A DNA stretch of 64,000 bases from Gemmatimonadales bacterium (GTDB lineage: Bacteria > Gemmatimonadota > Gemmatimonadetes > Gemmatimonadales > GWC2-71-9): positions 32,001-96,000 of the forward strand of contig JBFJHJ010000002.1 in the NCBI GenBank assembly GCA_041613315.1, in the 5' to 3' direction. Positions 30,095 to 39,212 of the stretch are shown here, one piece after another. The notes beneath the pieces are model-generated. The model did no database searches. It had not been told where the DNA came from and worked only from the letters and a program-made list of their open reading frames with translations. A program made the translations under genes and the position numbers. Positions within the stretch are counted from its first letter, which is position 1. Each line of letters starts with the position of its first letter.

Positions 30095-30796
30095 TCAGGC
30101 CGACAGCGTCGCAACGGCCAGGACCACCCACCACGCCCCGACGCCGAGGCTGGCGGCGGCCGTGACCCGGGCGAGGGCCCGCGCCAGCACGACCGACCGT
30201 GCGGCCCGCCCAACCGCGATGGCTGCCAATGCAGCGTAGCATCCCATGCCGACGATTGTCCCCACCCCGAACGCCACGAGGTAGCCGAGTGCCGCCCAGG
30301 GATTGGGAAGGAGGGTGACGGGAATGAGCGCCGCCACGGGTGCCGTCCCCGCGAGGCCATGGACGGCCCCGACGGCGGCGGCGAGGTGGCGGTGACGCCG
30401 CTCGGGATCCACGTGATGGTGCGCGTGGGGGTGGACACCGGGCGGATGCGCATGGAGGTGGGTGTGGCCGCCGTGCCGCTCCGGGTCGTGGACGTGGAGG
30501 CGGCCGGCGGCGCGCAGCGCCCAGAGACCGAGCCCGATCAGCGTGACGCCGACCGCTACCTCGGCCCAGCCGTGAGCGCTGTCGGGCAGGCGAAGGCCGG
30601 ACCAGGCCAGCAGGGCGCCGAACACCAGAACGGCGCCGGCGTGTCCGAGACCCCACCGGATGCCGAACGCCGCCGCGGCGACGACCCGAGGCCGGGCACC
30701 CACGAACGCCGTGACGGCGACCATGTGGTCCACCTCGAGCGCGTGCGACGCGCCGAGCGCAACGGCGGCCGCGTAGGCCGCAGCGAGTTCACCCAT
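30095..30796 (-). CDS. Nickel/cobalt permease (NiCoT/UreH-like) with His-rich loop
   Basis: HALEVDH metal motif, WGLGH, His-rich loop, VHGLAG; about 6 TM segments. Confidence 0.75.
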   Translation of the reverse strand: MGELAAAYAAAVALGASHALEVDHMVAVTAFVGARPRVVAAAAFGIRWGLGHAGAVLVFGALLAWSGLRLPDSAHGWAEVAVGVTLIGLGLWALRAAGRLHVHDPERHGGHTHLHAHPPGVHPHAHHHVDPERRHRHLAAAVGAVHGLAGTAPVAALIPVTLLPNPWAALGYLVAFGVGTIVGMGCYAALAAIAVGRAARSVVLARALARVTAAASLGVGAWWVVLAVATLSA

Positions 30797-30820
30797 GGCA
30801 CTCCGAACAGGAGGACGGTG

Positions 30821-31903
30821 ATGTCGGGCACCCCGCGGGACGAGCGGGCGCGCATACGGCTCACAGCCCTGTCGCACGGCGCCGGTTGAGCCTGTAAACT
30901 CGGCCCGGCCGAGCTGGCGCAGGTCTTGCGCCACCTCCCGGCGGTGAGCGACCCGCGCGTGCTGGTCGCCGCCGCGACGCGCGACGACGCCGCAGTCTAC
31001 CGGATCTCCGACGACCGCGCCGTGGTGGCGACGGTGGACTTTTTCACGCCGATCGTGGATGACGCCTACGCGTTCGGCGCCATCGCCGCGGCGAACGCGT
31101 TCAGCGATCTGTACGCGATGGGCGCGACGCCGCTGTTTGCGCTCAATCTAGTGGGGTGGCCACGGACGCCCGCAATGTTGGCGCTGTTGCAGGACACCGT
31201 GCGGGGCAGCGTGGACGTGGCGCGTGAGGCCGGCGCGTTCATCGTGGGCGGCCACTCGATCGACGATGCCGAGCCCAAGTTCGGCTTGGTGGCCGTGGGA
31301 GAGGTCCACCCCGACCGGATCATCAGTATCGCCGGCGCGAAACCGGGTGACCGGCTGATCCTGACCAAGCCGATCGGCACCGGGATCCTGAGCACCGCGT
31401 TGAAGCGTGATCTCCTCGCGGAGGCCGACTTGGAGCCGGCGGTCCGGATCATGACGACGCTCAACGCCGGGGCGATGCGGGCGATGCGGGCGGTGGGAGA
31501 TGCGGTGCACGCGGCGACGGATGTGACGGGATTCGGGCTCGTGGGCCATCTGCGGAACATGGTCGCGGCCAGCCGTGTCGGTGCCCGGATCGTGGCCGGG
31601 AGCGTCCCCGTGCTCGAGCGGGTAGCGGCGCTCGCCGCGCGGGGCGCCGTGCCCGGCGGTTCGGAGCGTAACGCCGAAGCCGCGGGCGAGTATACGGTGT
31701 GGGGAGACGACGTGGACGCAACCATGCGTACGATCGTGTGCGACGCCCAGACGTCGGGCGGGCTGCTCATTGCGGTGGCACCGGAAGCAACCGACGCTCT
31801 GGTGCGCGCGCTGGAAGCCGAGGCAGCTCCGGCGGCGGCGGTCATCGGCGAAATCGTGGCGGACGCCGAGGGTCGCATCGAGGTGGTGGGGTCACGTGGG
31901 TAA
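30821..31903 (+). CDS. selD: Selenide, water dikinase (selenophosphate synthetase), selenoprotein with Sec23
   Basis: SD AGGAGG, ATG 30821; RLTALSHGAG-[TGA 30887]-ACK, DDAAVY, TVDFFTPIVDD, ANAFSDLYAMG, GGHS, TDVTGFGL, DAQTSGGLL. Confidence 0.95.
30890..30924 (+). promoter_or_regulatory. Putative bacterial SECIS element
   Basis: Directly 3' of the UGA: lower stem GCCTGT/GCAGGT, internal loop, upper stem CTCGGC/GCCGAG, CCG loop. Confidence 0.65.
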
Positions 31904-32504
31904 GGGACCTCTGCCGCTCGCCGTCGTCCACGCGGACGAGAGCTGCCTGGGCAACGGTCGCGACGGTAAGACTCCGGGCGGCGCGGCCTCGCTCATCGAG
32001 GCGCGAGACCGCGGCGGCAGGATCGTACGACGCGACCTCTTCATCTCCGCGCCGGACACGACCAACAACAAGATGGCGCTCAACGGGGCCATTGCCACTT
32101 TTGCGCTGCTCTCCGCCAAGGGCCGCCGGTTCCGCGTGGCGTTCCATTCGGACTCACAGTATCTCGTGAAGGGGATGCGCGAGTGGGTACCCGGTTGGCG
32201 GGCCCGGGGCTGGCGGCGCAAAGGGGGCCAGGTGCAGAACCTCGAGCTGTGGCGCAAACTGGTCGAAGCGACCGCCGACCACGAGCCCACCTGGATCTGG
32301 GTGGAGGGTCACGCCGGGCACATGAAGAACGAGTACGCGAACGATCTGGCGATCCGCGCGGCGACCGAGCAGGTCACCTCGCCCGGCCTCGTGCCTTCGG
32401 CCCTCGACGCGTGGCTAGCGCAGCGCCGAGAGCGGGGACAGTACACCGATCACGATCCCGACCGGGAGTTCGCCGCCGTGGAAGCGAAGCTGGGCAGCGC
32501 GTGA
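31896..32504 (+). CDS. rnhA: Ribonuclease HI-family protein with atypical active site
   Basis: DESCLGNG, TTNNKMAL, SDSQY, QNLELW, WVEGHAGH, NEYANDLA; GTG start overlaps the selD end. Confidence 0.82.
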   Translation: MGKGPLPLAVVHADESCLGNGRDGKTPGGAASLIEARDRGGRIVRRDLFISAPDTTNNKMALNGAIATFALLSAKGRRFRVAFHSDSQYLVKGMREWVPGWRARGWRRKGGQVQNLELWRKLVEATADHEPTWIWVEGHAGHMKNEYANDLAIRAATEQVTSPGLVPSALDAWLAQRRERGQYTDHDPDREFAAVEAKLGSA

Positions 32505-32548
32505 GCTCCGCCACAAGAGGCCGACGCAACAGCCCCGAGGAAGGGAGA

Positions 32549-33073
32549 ATGGGATTTCCCAAGGGGGGAGGCGGGGCGTTTCCCAAAGATGGCGTGAGCG
32601 CGAACACGCACCCGCTCAACCTCGCGGTGGCGCCCGTGAACGCTGAGCCGGAACGGATCCCCCTGTTCGAGGTGTACATGCGAATGGCGGAGGAACTGGC
32701 AAAACGATCCACCTGTGCCCGGCTGCAGGTCGGCACCGTGATCACCGATCAGCAGCTCGAGAACGTCGTCGCCATCGGATACAACGGCAACGCACGGGGG
32801 CTGCCGAACCGGTGCGACAGCCGGGCGCCCGGTAATTGCGGCTGCATTCACTCCGAGGTCAACGCGCTCGTGAAGGCGCCCGGCGACATGCGCGACAAGG
32901 TCGTGTTCGTGACCGACAGCCCGTGTACGATGTGCGCCAAGCTCATGATCAACTCCGGAGTGAGCCACGTGTTCTTCCGCCGGGTTTACCGCGATCCCAG
33001 TGGCGTCGAGTTATTGGCCGGAGCCGGCGTCACCCCGGTGCCGTACGATCGCTGGCTCGACGCCTGGCGTTGA
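32549..33073 (+). CDS. dCMP deaminase (ComEB-like)
   Basis: RSTC, GYNG, HSE, SPCTMC zinc motifs; start may instead be GTG 32594. Confidence 0.88.
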   Translation: MGFPKGGGGAFPKDGVSANTHPLNLAVAPVNAEPERIPLFEVYMRMAEELAKRSTCARLQVGTVITDQQLENVVAIGYNGNARGLPNRCDSRAPGNCGCIHSEVNALVKAPGDMRDKVVFVTDSPCTMCAKLMINSGVSHVFFRRVYRDPSGVELLAGAGVTPVPYDRWLDAWR

Positions 33074-33089
33074 GCGGCGGAGCGACACC

Positions 33090-33797
33090 GTGGACGACGT
33101 GACTCGGTTGTTTCGCAAGCTGGTCGGCGTGCTGGCCGACGCCGACCCCGCCCAGCTCCGCGAACCGTTCCGCGTCGCGGACCTGTACGAACGCATCCTC
33201 CCCTACCGCCGCTTCAAGCGCGACCTGAAGTTCGATTCGGTCGAAGACTACGACATGGCGGTCCTCCGGCTCCTGGCGGGCGACGGCGGGTACGCCGCCG
33301 TCGAGCCGATCGAGGCGCGCGAGGCGATAGCCTTGGAGGCGGACGCGGTACGCCCCGACACCGACGCCTTTCGGGCGTTCGGCAACGCGACCGTGCGGCT
33401 CCAGGAGCGGGCCGTGCAATCAGTCCTGACCGAGGAATGGGCGTTCGCGCCACCGGTGTTTCCCCTCCCGGACGCACCCGCGCGGGGGCACGAACGGGAG
33501 CACGAGCAGCGGCGGCGCGAGGGTGAGCGAGGCAGCCGGGGGCTCGTGTTTGAGGCGGTGCCGGAGCAGCAGGGGAGCCCGGGGAAGACGGAGGTGGGGG
33601 ACGCAACGGCCTCGCCACGCGCCGCGGGTGCTCCACGCTGCGCCGAGTGCGACGCCCCCCTTCCGGAGCGGCGCTCGGTCGCCTTTTGCCCGTTCTGCGG
33701 ACATGGGCTCGAGCGTGTGGTGTGTCCCTCTTGCGGCGAACCTATGGAGTCCGGCTGGCGGTTCTGCGGAACATGCGGCCACGCGGCGGACGGTTGA
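33090..33797 (+). CDS. Double zinc-ribbon domain protein
   Basis: C-terminal CAEC, CPFC, CPSC, CGTC. Confidence 0.8.
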   Translation: MDDVTRLFRKLVGVLADADPAQLREPFRVADLYERILPYRRFKRDLKFDSVEDYDMAVLRLLAGDGGYAAVEPIEAREAIALEADAVRPDTDAFRAFGNATVRLQERAVQSVLTEEWAFAPPVFPLPDAPARGHEREHEQRRREGERGSRGLVFEAVPEQQGSPGKTEVGDATASPRAAGAPRCAECDAPLPERRSVAFCPFCGHGLERVVCPSCGEPMESGWRFCGTCGHAADG

Positions 33798-33801
33798 GTC
33801 G

Positions 33802-34908
33802 GTGACGCCGACGCGCCGCATTGCGACCATCGGGGGCGACGGGATCGGGCCGGAGGTGGTCGAGGCGGCGATCCCCGCAATTGACGCCGCCGCCGGGACG
33901 GAAGGGGCGGTACTGACCTGGGAACGCCTCCCCTACGGCGCGGGCCACTTCCTCGCCACCGGCGAAACGCTTCCGCAGAGCGCGTTCGAGCATCTCCGGG
34001 ACGACGCGGACGCGATCTTCGTAGGCGCCCTCGGCGACCCGCGGGTCCCTGGAAACGAGCATGCCCGGGACATCCTGCTGGGCCTCCGATTCAGACTCGA
34101 CCTGTACATCAACTTTCGGCCGTGCCGGTTGCTGCATCCCGATCTGTGCCCGCTGAAGCCTGTCCCTGACCCCTCGGCCCCCTCTTCCCGGGGGACAGAA
34201 CGGGCGGATGGGCGGGCGCGGCTGATCGACTTCGTGATCTTCCGTGAGAACACCGAAGGGCTCTACCTGGCGCGCGGGTCTTCCAAGAATGTGGGGACAC
34301 CTGAAGAGGAGCAGATCGCGGAAGATGTGCATACGGCGCCCAAGGTGCGTCGCATCATTCGCGCGGCGTTCGAGTGGGCCAAGGCCCATCGGAGAACGCG
34401 GGTCACCATGGCCGACAAGTCCAACGCCATTCCGGCGCATCATCTCTGGCAGCGGGTCTTCGAAGAGGTGGGAGCGGAATTCTCAGAAGTCGAGCGTGAG
34501 CATTTCTACATCGACGCGCTCGCGATGCAGCTGGTCAAGCGACCGGAGCAGTTCCAGGTGATCGTGACCAACAACATGTTCGGCGACATCCTGTCGGACC
34601 TGGGCGCGCAGCTGGTGGGCGGCCTGGGCATGGCCGCCAGCGCCAACCTGCACCCGGGACGCGTCGGGTTGTTCGAGCCGGTGCACGGCTCCGCTCCGCG
34701 GTATGCCGGGAAGGGGACGGCGAATCCGATGGCGACGATCTTGACGGGGGCGCTGATGCTGGAACAGCTCGGGCTCCGGGAGGCCGCGCGACGTCTGGAG
34801 GAGGCGGTGCGCGGGACACTCGAGGCGGGCGTACGGACACCGGACCTCGCGGGGACGGCGACGACCCGGGAGGTGGCGGAGGCCGTGGTCCAGCACGTGG
34901 TCGCGTGA
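33802..34908 (+). CDS. 3-isopropylmalate/isocitrate dehydrogenase family protein
   Basis: GDGIGPEV, NFRP, RENTEGLY, DKSN, NMFGDILSD, FEPVHGSAP, TPDL. Confidence 0.9.
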   Translation: MTPTRRIATIGGDGIGPEVVEAAIPAIDAAAGTEGAVLTWERLPYGAGHFLATGETLPQSAFEHLRDDADAIFVGALGDPRVPGNEHARDILLGLRFRLDLYINFRPCRLLHPDLCPLKPVPDPSAPSSRGTERADGRARLIDFVIFRENTEGLYLARGSSKNVGTPEEEQIAEDVHTAPKVRRIIRAAFEWAKAHRRTRVTMADKSNAIPAHHLWQRVFEEVGAEFSEVEREHFYIDALAMQLVKRPEQFQVIVTNNMFGDILSDLGAQLVGGLGMAASANLHPGRVGLFEPVHGSAPRYAGKGTANPMATILTGALMLEQLGLREAARRLEEAVRGTLEAGVRTPDLAGTATTREVAEAVVQHVVA

Positions 34909-35016
34909 GCGACGGCGGGCCGCCGGGAGCGGACGCGGGGCGGCCGACGGGGGACGCGATTGCGGTGTATATTCCGTTCCCTGCGACGGTTGTACCCCAG
35001 ACGGAGTTCGGTCCCC

Positions 35017-36222
35017 ATGCAGACCCAGGGTCACGATACAGGCGTCGTCTTCCTCTCCGGTGTCCGCACCGGCTTCGGCAAGTTTGGCGGCACCCTCAGG
35101 GACTTCTCCGCCACACAGCTCGGCGCGATGGCGGCGACGCACGCTCTCGAGCGGTCGGGCGTCGCGGCCAAGCAGGTGGACCACGTGGTGTTCGGCAACG
35201 CCCAACAGACGTCGGCGGACGCGATCTATCTGGCGCGCCACGTCGGTCTCCAGTCCGGGCTGCCGATCGAGGTCCCGGCCGTGACCGTGAACCGGCTCTG
35301 CGGCTCGGGGTTCGAGTCCATCACCCAGGGCGCTCAGCAGATCCTCCTCGGTGAGTCCGCGGTGGTCCTGGCGGGTGGCACCGAGTCCATGAGCCAGGCG
35401 CCTCACGTCGTGCGGGGTGCCCGCTGGGGGCTCCGGCTGGGACCGGCCGGCCAGCTCGAGGACAGCTTGTGGGAGGCGTTGACCGATCCGCAGTGCGGGT
35501 TCTCGATGGCCGAGACGGCGGAGAACTTGGCGGACAAGTACACGCTGACGCGCGAGGATGTGGACCGCTATGCGCTCGCCAGCCAGCAGCGCGCGAAGCA
35601 GGCGTGGGACGAGTGCGTATTCGAGCACGAAGTCATTCCGGTGCCGATCAAGGATCGGAAGACGAAACAGACCGTCGAGTGGCGGGCCGACGAGCACATG
35701 CGACCGGAGACCACCCTCGAGGCGCTGCTGAAGCTGCCGCCGTACTTCAAAAAGGACGGATTCGTGACGGCCGGCAATGCGTCGGGGATCTGCGACGGCG
35801 CCGCCGCGACGGTCATTGCGAGCGAAGCGTTCGCGAACACGCACAAACGGGAGCCGCTGGGCCGGCTGGTAGCGTGGGCGGTGGCGGGGGTCGAGCCCAA
35901 GTACATGGGGATCGGGCCGGCGCCCGCAGCCCGCAAGGCGCTCGCCAAAGCCGGCCTCAAGCTCGCCGACATGGATCTCGTGGAAGTGAACGAGGCCTTC
36001 GCCCCACAGTACGTGGCGGTGGAGAAGGAGCTCGGCCTGGACCGGGAGCGGACCAACGTGCACGGCGGCGCCATCGCGATCGGGCATCCGCTGGCGGCCA
36101 GCGGCACCCGCATCACGATCCACCTGCTGCACGCTCTCAGGCGCGCCAAGAAGCGGTACGGCCTGGGCTCGGCGTGCATCGGAGGCGGGCAGGGCGCCGC
36201 GGTGATTGTTGAAGCGTTCTAG
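35017..36222 (+). CDS. Acetyl-CoA C-acyltransferase (thiolase)
   Basis: NRLCGSG, TAGNAS, NEAFA, GHPLAASG, CIGGGQG. Confidence 0.95.
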   Translation: MQTQGHDTGVVFLSGVRTGFGKFGGTLRDFSATQLGAMAATHALERSGVAAKQVDHVVFGNAQQTSADAIYLARHVGLQSGLPIEVPAVTVNRLCGSGFESITQGAQQILLGESAVVLAGGTESMSQAPHVVRGARWGLRLGPAGQLEDSLWEALTDPQCGFSMAETAENLADKYTLTREDVDRYALASQQRAKQAWDECVFEHEVIPVPIKDRKTKQTVEWRADEHMRPETTLEALLKLPPYFKKDGFVTAGNASGICDGAAATVIASEAFANTHKREPLGRLVAWAVAGVEPKYMGIGPAPAARKALAKAGLKLADMDLVEVNEAFAPQYVAVEKELGLDRERTNVHGGAIAIGHPLAASGTRITIHLLHALRRAKKRYGLGSACIGGGQGAAVIVEAF

Positions 36223-36226
36223 AGAA

Positions 36227-36267
36227 CCGCGGTCAGCCATCCGCGGTCAGCCGTCAGGACCGCGGAT
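36227..36267. repeat. 12-bp direct repeat overlapping a perfect 10-bp inverted repeat
   Basis: CCGCGGTCAGCC at 36227 and 36241; ATCCGCGGTC (36239-36248) / GACCGCGGAT (36258-36267). Confidence 0.75.
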
Positions 36268-36288
36268 TCCAGATTGTGGATTGCGTAG

Positions 36289-37116
36289 ATGACCGACCTC
36301 GTCCCCCAGCGCGACCGCATCGACCGGCGTACCCTCGAGCGGATCATCCACCGGGCTGCTGAGCTACAGACCGGGGAGCGGGAGATCGGCGAGGGGCTGA
36401 CCGAAGCCGAGCTGATGCAGCTGGGCGACGACGTTGGGATTCCGACGCAGTATCTGCGGCAGGCGCTCATGGAGGAGCGCACGCGAAGCCTGGCGCTGGC
36501 CGAACGGGGCGCCGCCGCCTGGCTCGCGGGCCCGCGCTGGGTGGCCGCCTCGCGCACCATCGCGGGAACGCCCAGCCGATTGGAAGCCGCTCTCCATCTT
36601 TGGATGAAGGACGGCGAGCTGCTTCAGGTGAAGCGGCGCCATCCGGACCGGACCGTCTGGGAGGCGCAGCAGGGCGCGTTCGCCTCGATCAAGCGCGGGC
36701 TCGGCGTCGGCGGACGGCGCTACCTCCTGGCGGAGGCGCGGGACGTGGCGGGCTATGTGATCCCGGTGGACGAGCACCGCACCCACATCCGTCTGGCGGC
36801 GGACCTCGCGAACAACCGCCGAGACTATCTCGCCGGTGCCGCCGTCACAGCCGCCCTCGGTACGGTGGCCACCGGGGCCGGCGTGCTCATGGGGGTGCTG
36901 CTGCCTGTCGCCGTCCTACCGGCCGCGCTCGCGCTGCCTCTGGCGTTCGCCATCGCCCGCGGGCGGACCGGCAGGTTGGAGCGGTACCATGTGGCCCTCG
37001 AGCAGGTGCTCGACCGGTTGGAGCACGGGGAGATTCGCGTGCCGGCACGCCCCGGCCAACGGCCCGTCGGCATCGCACGGATCGCCGAGGAGATTCGGAA
37101 GAATCTGGAAGTGTGA
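36289..37116 (+). CDS. Hypothetical membrane protein
   Basis: 275-aa ORF, N-terminal helical domain (IIHRAAELQ), C-terminal hydrophobic hairpin. Confidence 0.75.
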   Translation: MTDLVPQRDRIDRRTLERIIHRAAELQTGEREIGEGLTEAELMQLGDDVGIPTQYLRQALMEERTRSLALAERGAAAWLAGPRWVAASRTIAGTPSRLEAALHLWMKDGELLQVKRRHPDRTVWEAQQGAFASIKRGLGVGGRRYLLAEARDVAGYVIPVDEHRTHIRLAADLANNRRDYLAGAAVTAALGTVATGAGVLMGVLLPVAVLPAALALPLAFAIARGRTGRLERYHVALEQVLDRLEHGEIRVPARPGQRPVGIARIAEEIRKNLEV

Positions 37117-37121
37117 GAAGC

Positions 37122-37239
37122 GTGAACGGTGAACGGTGAATGGTGAAGGGCTGCGCGCCGAGGCGTGATTCCCAAGCGGCCCTTCGCCATCCGTCGCTCA
37201 CCGTTCATGTTTCACCGTTCACTGTTCACCATTCACCAT
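37122..37239. repeat. Palindromically arranged heptamer tandem repeats
   Basis: GTGAACG x2, GTGAATG, GTGAAGG, then inverse copies CTCACCG, TTCATGT, TTCACCG, TTCACTG, TTCACCA x2; inner stem ATGGTGAAGGGCTGC/GCGGCCCTTCGCCAT. Confidence 0.85.
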
Positions 37240-37251
37240 CCTGTCGCGGAC

Positions 37252-38139
37252 ATGACTGAAATCAAGAAGGTGGGCGTCCTGGGATGTGGCCTCATGGGAA
37301 GCGGCATCGCGCAGGTCGCGGCCCAGGCGGGGTACGCCACCGTCGTGCGCGAGATCTCCGACGAGCTGAACCAGCGCGGCCTGGGGGGGATCACCAAGTC
37401 GCTCGACAAGTTCGTGGAGAAGGGGAAGCTCGCGAAGAACGACCGGGACGCCACCCTCGCGCGCTTGACCTTCACCACGAAAGTGGCCGAGCTCGAGCGG
37501 TGTGACGTAATCATCGAGGCGGTCACCGAGGACCTGGACGTCAAGAACGCCTTGTGGAAGGAGCTGGACCCACTCTGTCCCCAGCACACCATCTTCGCCT
37601 CCAACACGTCGAGCCTCACGATTGCGGCGATGGCCGCCGCGACGACGCGCTCCGACCGCTTCGTCGGCTTGCACTTCTTCAACCCGGTCCCGCTGATGAA
37701 GCTGGTGGAGGTGGTCCGCACCGTCACCACCAGCCCGGCCACCTTCGATCGGGCCATGGCGTTCGCGACGTCGCTCAAGAAGGAACCGATCGCGGCGAAG
37801 GATAACTCGGGCTTCGTGGTGAACCTGTTGCTCGTCCCGTATCTGCTGGACGCCATCCGGGCGGTGGAGCACGGCGTGGCCTCCGTGCCGGACATCGACA
37901 AGGGGATGACCCTCGGGACCGGGCACCCCATGGGCCCGCTCACCCTTCTCGACTTCGTCGGCATCGACACGACCTACCGGATTGCCGAGATCATGTTCCA
38001 GGAGTACCGTGAGACACGCTACGCCCCGCCACCGCTTCTCAGGCGTATGTTCCTCGCGGGACTGCACGGGCGGAAGTCGGGGAAGGGCTTCTACGACTAT
38101 TCCACCAACCCTCCATCGGTCACGGACCTGGGGCTCTGA
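37252..38139 (+). CDS. 3-hydroxybutyryl-CoA dehydrogenase
   Basis: GCGLMGSGIAQV, IEAVTE, ASNTSS, GLHFFNP, GHPMGP, GRKSGKGFY. Confidence 0.93.
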   Translation: MTEIKKVGVLGCGLMGSGIAQVAAQAGYATVVREISDELNQRGLGGITKSLDKFVEKGKLAKNDRDATLARLTFTTKVAELERCDVIIEAVTEDLDVKNALWKELDPLCPQHTIFASNTSSLTIAAMAAATTRSDRFVGLHFFNPVPLMKLVEVVRTVTTSPATFDRAMAFATSLKKEPIAAKDNSGFVVNLLLVPYLLDAIRAVEHGVASVPDIDKGMTLGTGHPMGPLTLLDFVGIDTTYRIAEIMFQEYRETRYAPPPLLRRMFLAGLHGRKSGKGFYDYSTNPPSVTDLGL

Positions 38140-38141
38140 CC

Positions 38142-38735
38142 ATGTTCTTTCCGGAAACCGCAGCGCAGTGGCATGCCGCCTTGAACGATTTTCCGTCCAT
38201 CCTGTTTCTCATCGCGCTGGCGTTCGACCTTGCCGGCGAGGTCACCAAGCGTGACTCCCTTCGCGCCGCCGGGTTCTGGACGCTGGTCGTCGGAGCGGCG
38301 GGCGCGCTGATCGCGCTGACCTCCGGCCTCATCGCCGAAGACGCCGTCGAGCACGGCGGCAGCATGCACCTCCTCATGGAGCGCCACGAGACCCTCGCGA
38401 TCTCGGTGACCGTCCTGTTCGTCGGGTTGGCCGCGTGGCGCATCTGGCGCAAGGGACAGCTAGGCCCCAAGGAGCGGCCCACGTATCTGACGATCTCGGC
38501 AGTGGGCGTGCTGGCGGTGCTGTGGACGGCCCACCTGGGCGGCACGATCGTGTACGAGTACGGCGGCGGCGTCCCGACCCGCGCGCTCGAAGGCGCGCTC
38601 CGGGACCGGGCCGCAGGTCATGTACACGAACCCGGCGAGGAGCACGATCAGGAGGCCCCGGCAGCCGGCGATACCAGCGCGCAGGCGAGTGACCACGCGC
38701 ACCCGCAAGGGACGCCCCAGCACGAGCACGAGTGA
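38142..38735 (+). CDS. DUF2231-like membrane protein with His-rich tail
   Basis: Four TM segments, WHAALNDFP, ERHE, AHLGGTIVY, tail GHVHEPGEEH...HAH...HEHE. Confidence 0.7.
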   Translation: MFFPETAAQWHAALNDFPSILFLIALAFDLAGEVTKRDSLRAAGFWTLVVGAAGALIALTSGLIAEDAVEHGGSMHLLMERHETLAISVTVLFVGLAAWRIWRKGQLGPKERPTYLTISAVGVLAVLWTAHLGGTIVYEYGGGVPTRALEGALRDRAAGHVHEPGEEHDQEAPAAGDTSAQASDHAHPQGTPQHEHE

Positions 38736-38772
38736 CGGGCGGCGAGCCGCCCGCGCCGCTCTGCTCCCGGCC

Positions 38773-39210
38773 ATGATAGCGGCGGTCGCGGCGTGCGGTG
38801 GGGCGAACGTGCGCCCGACATTCGGCCCGCTCCCGGACGCGGCGGTAGATACCGTGCGCGCCGCGCCGGCCACCCTCATCGGACGGTTGGAGGGCCTGGT
38901 CACGGCGCAGGGCCTGCGCATCGCGCGCGCGAGCGCCGCGGAGGGGTATCTCGAGACGGGTTGGTACGACGTCGCCGCCGCGCGGCCCGGCGGCCGCTAC
39001 ACGTTACATCCCACCCGCATCATCCGCCTTCGGTTCTTCGTCGACGACGCCGGTGGCGGTAACGCCCGGCTCGTGTCGGAAGCCGTGTACCGCATCACCG
39101 TGGACCCCTCCCTCCCCGTGCGTGACGCGGAGGTCATCGTCCCCCCGGATCACCCGGGCGCGGCCATTCTGCGGGCGATCCGGGACGGGATCTCCCGCCG
39201 AGTGCCCTAG
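38773..39210 (+). CDS. Hypothetical putative lipoprotein
   Basis: VAAC lipobox-like, EGYLETGWYD motif; start uncertain. Confidence 0.6.
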   Translation: MIAAVAACGGANVRPTFGPLPDAAVDTVRAAPATLIGRLEGLVTAQGLRIARASAAEGYLETGWYDVAAARPGGRYTLHPTRIIRLRFFVDDAGGGNARLVSEAVYRITVDPSLPVRDAEVIVPPDHPGAAILRAIRDGISRRVP

Positions 39211-39212
39211 AC

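Noticed and set aside
37122..37239. Possible CRISPR array
   Set aside because: 7-nt tandem units without unique spacers, and no cas genes in the window
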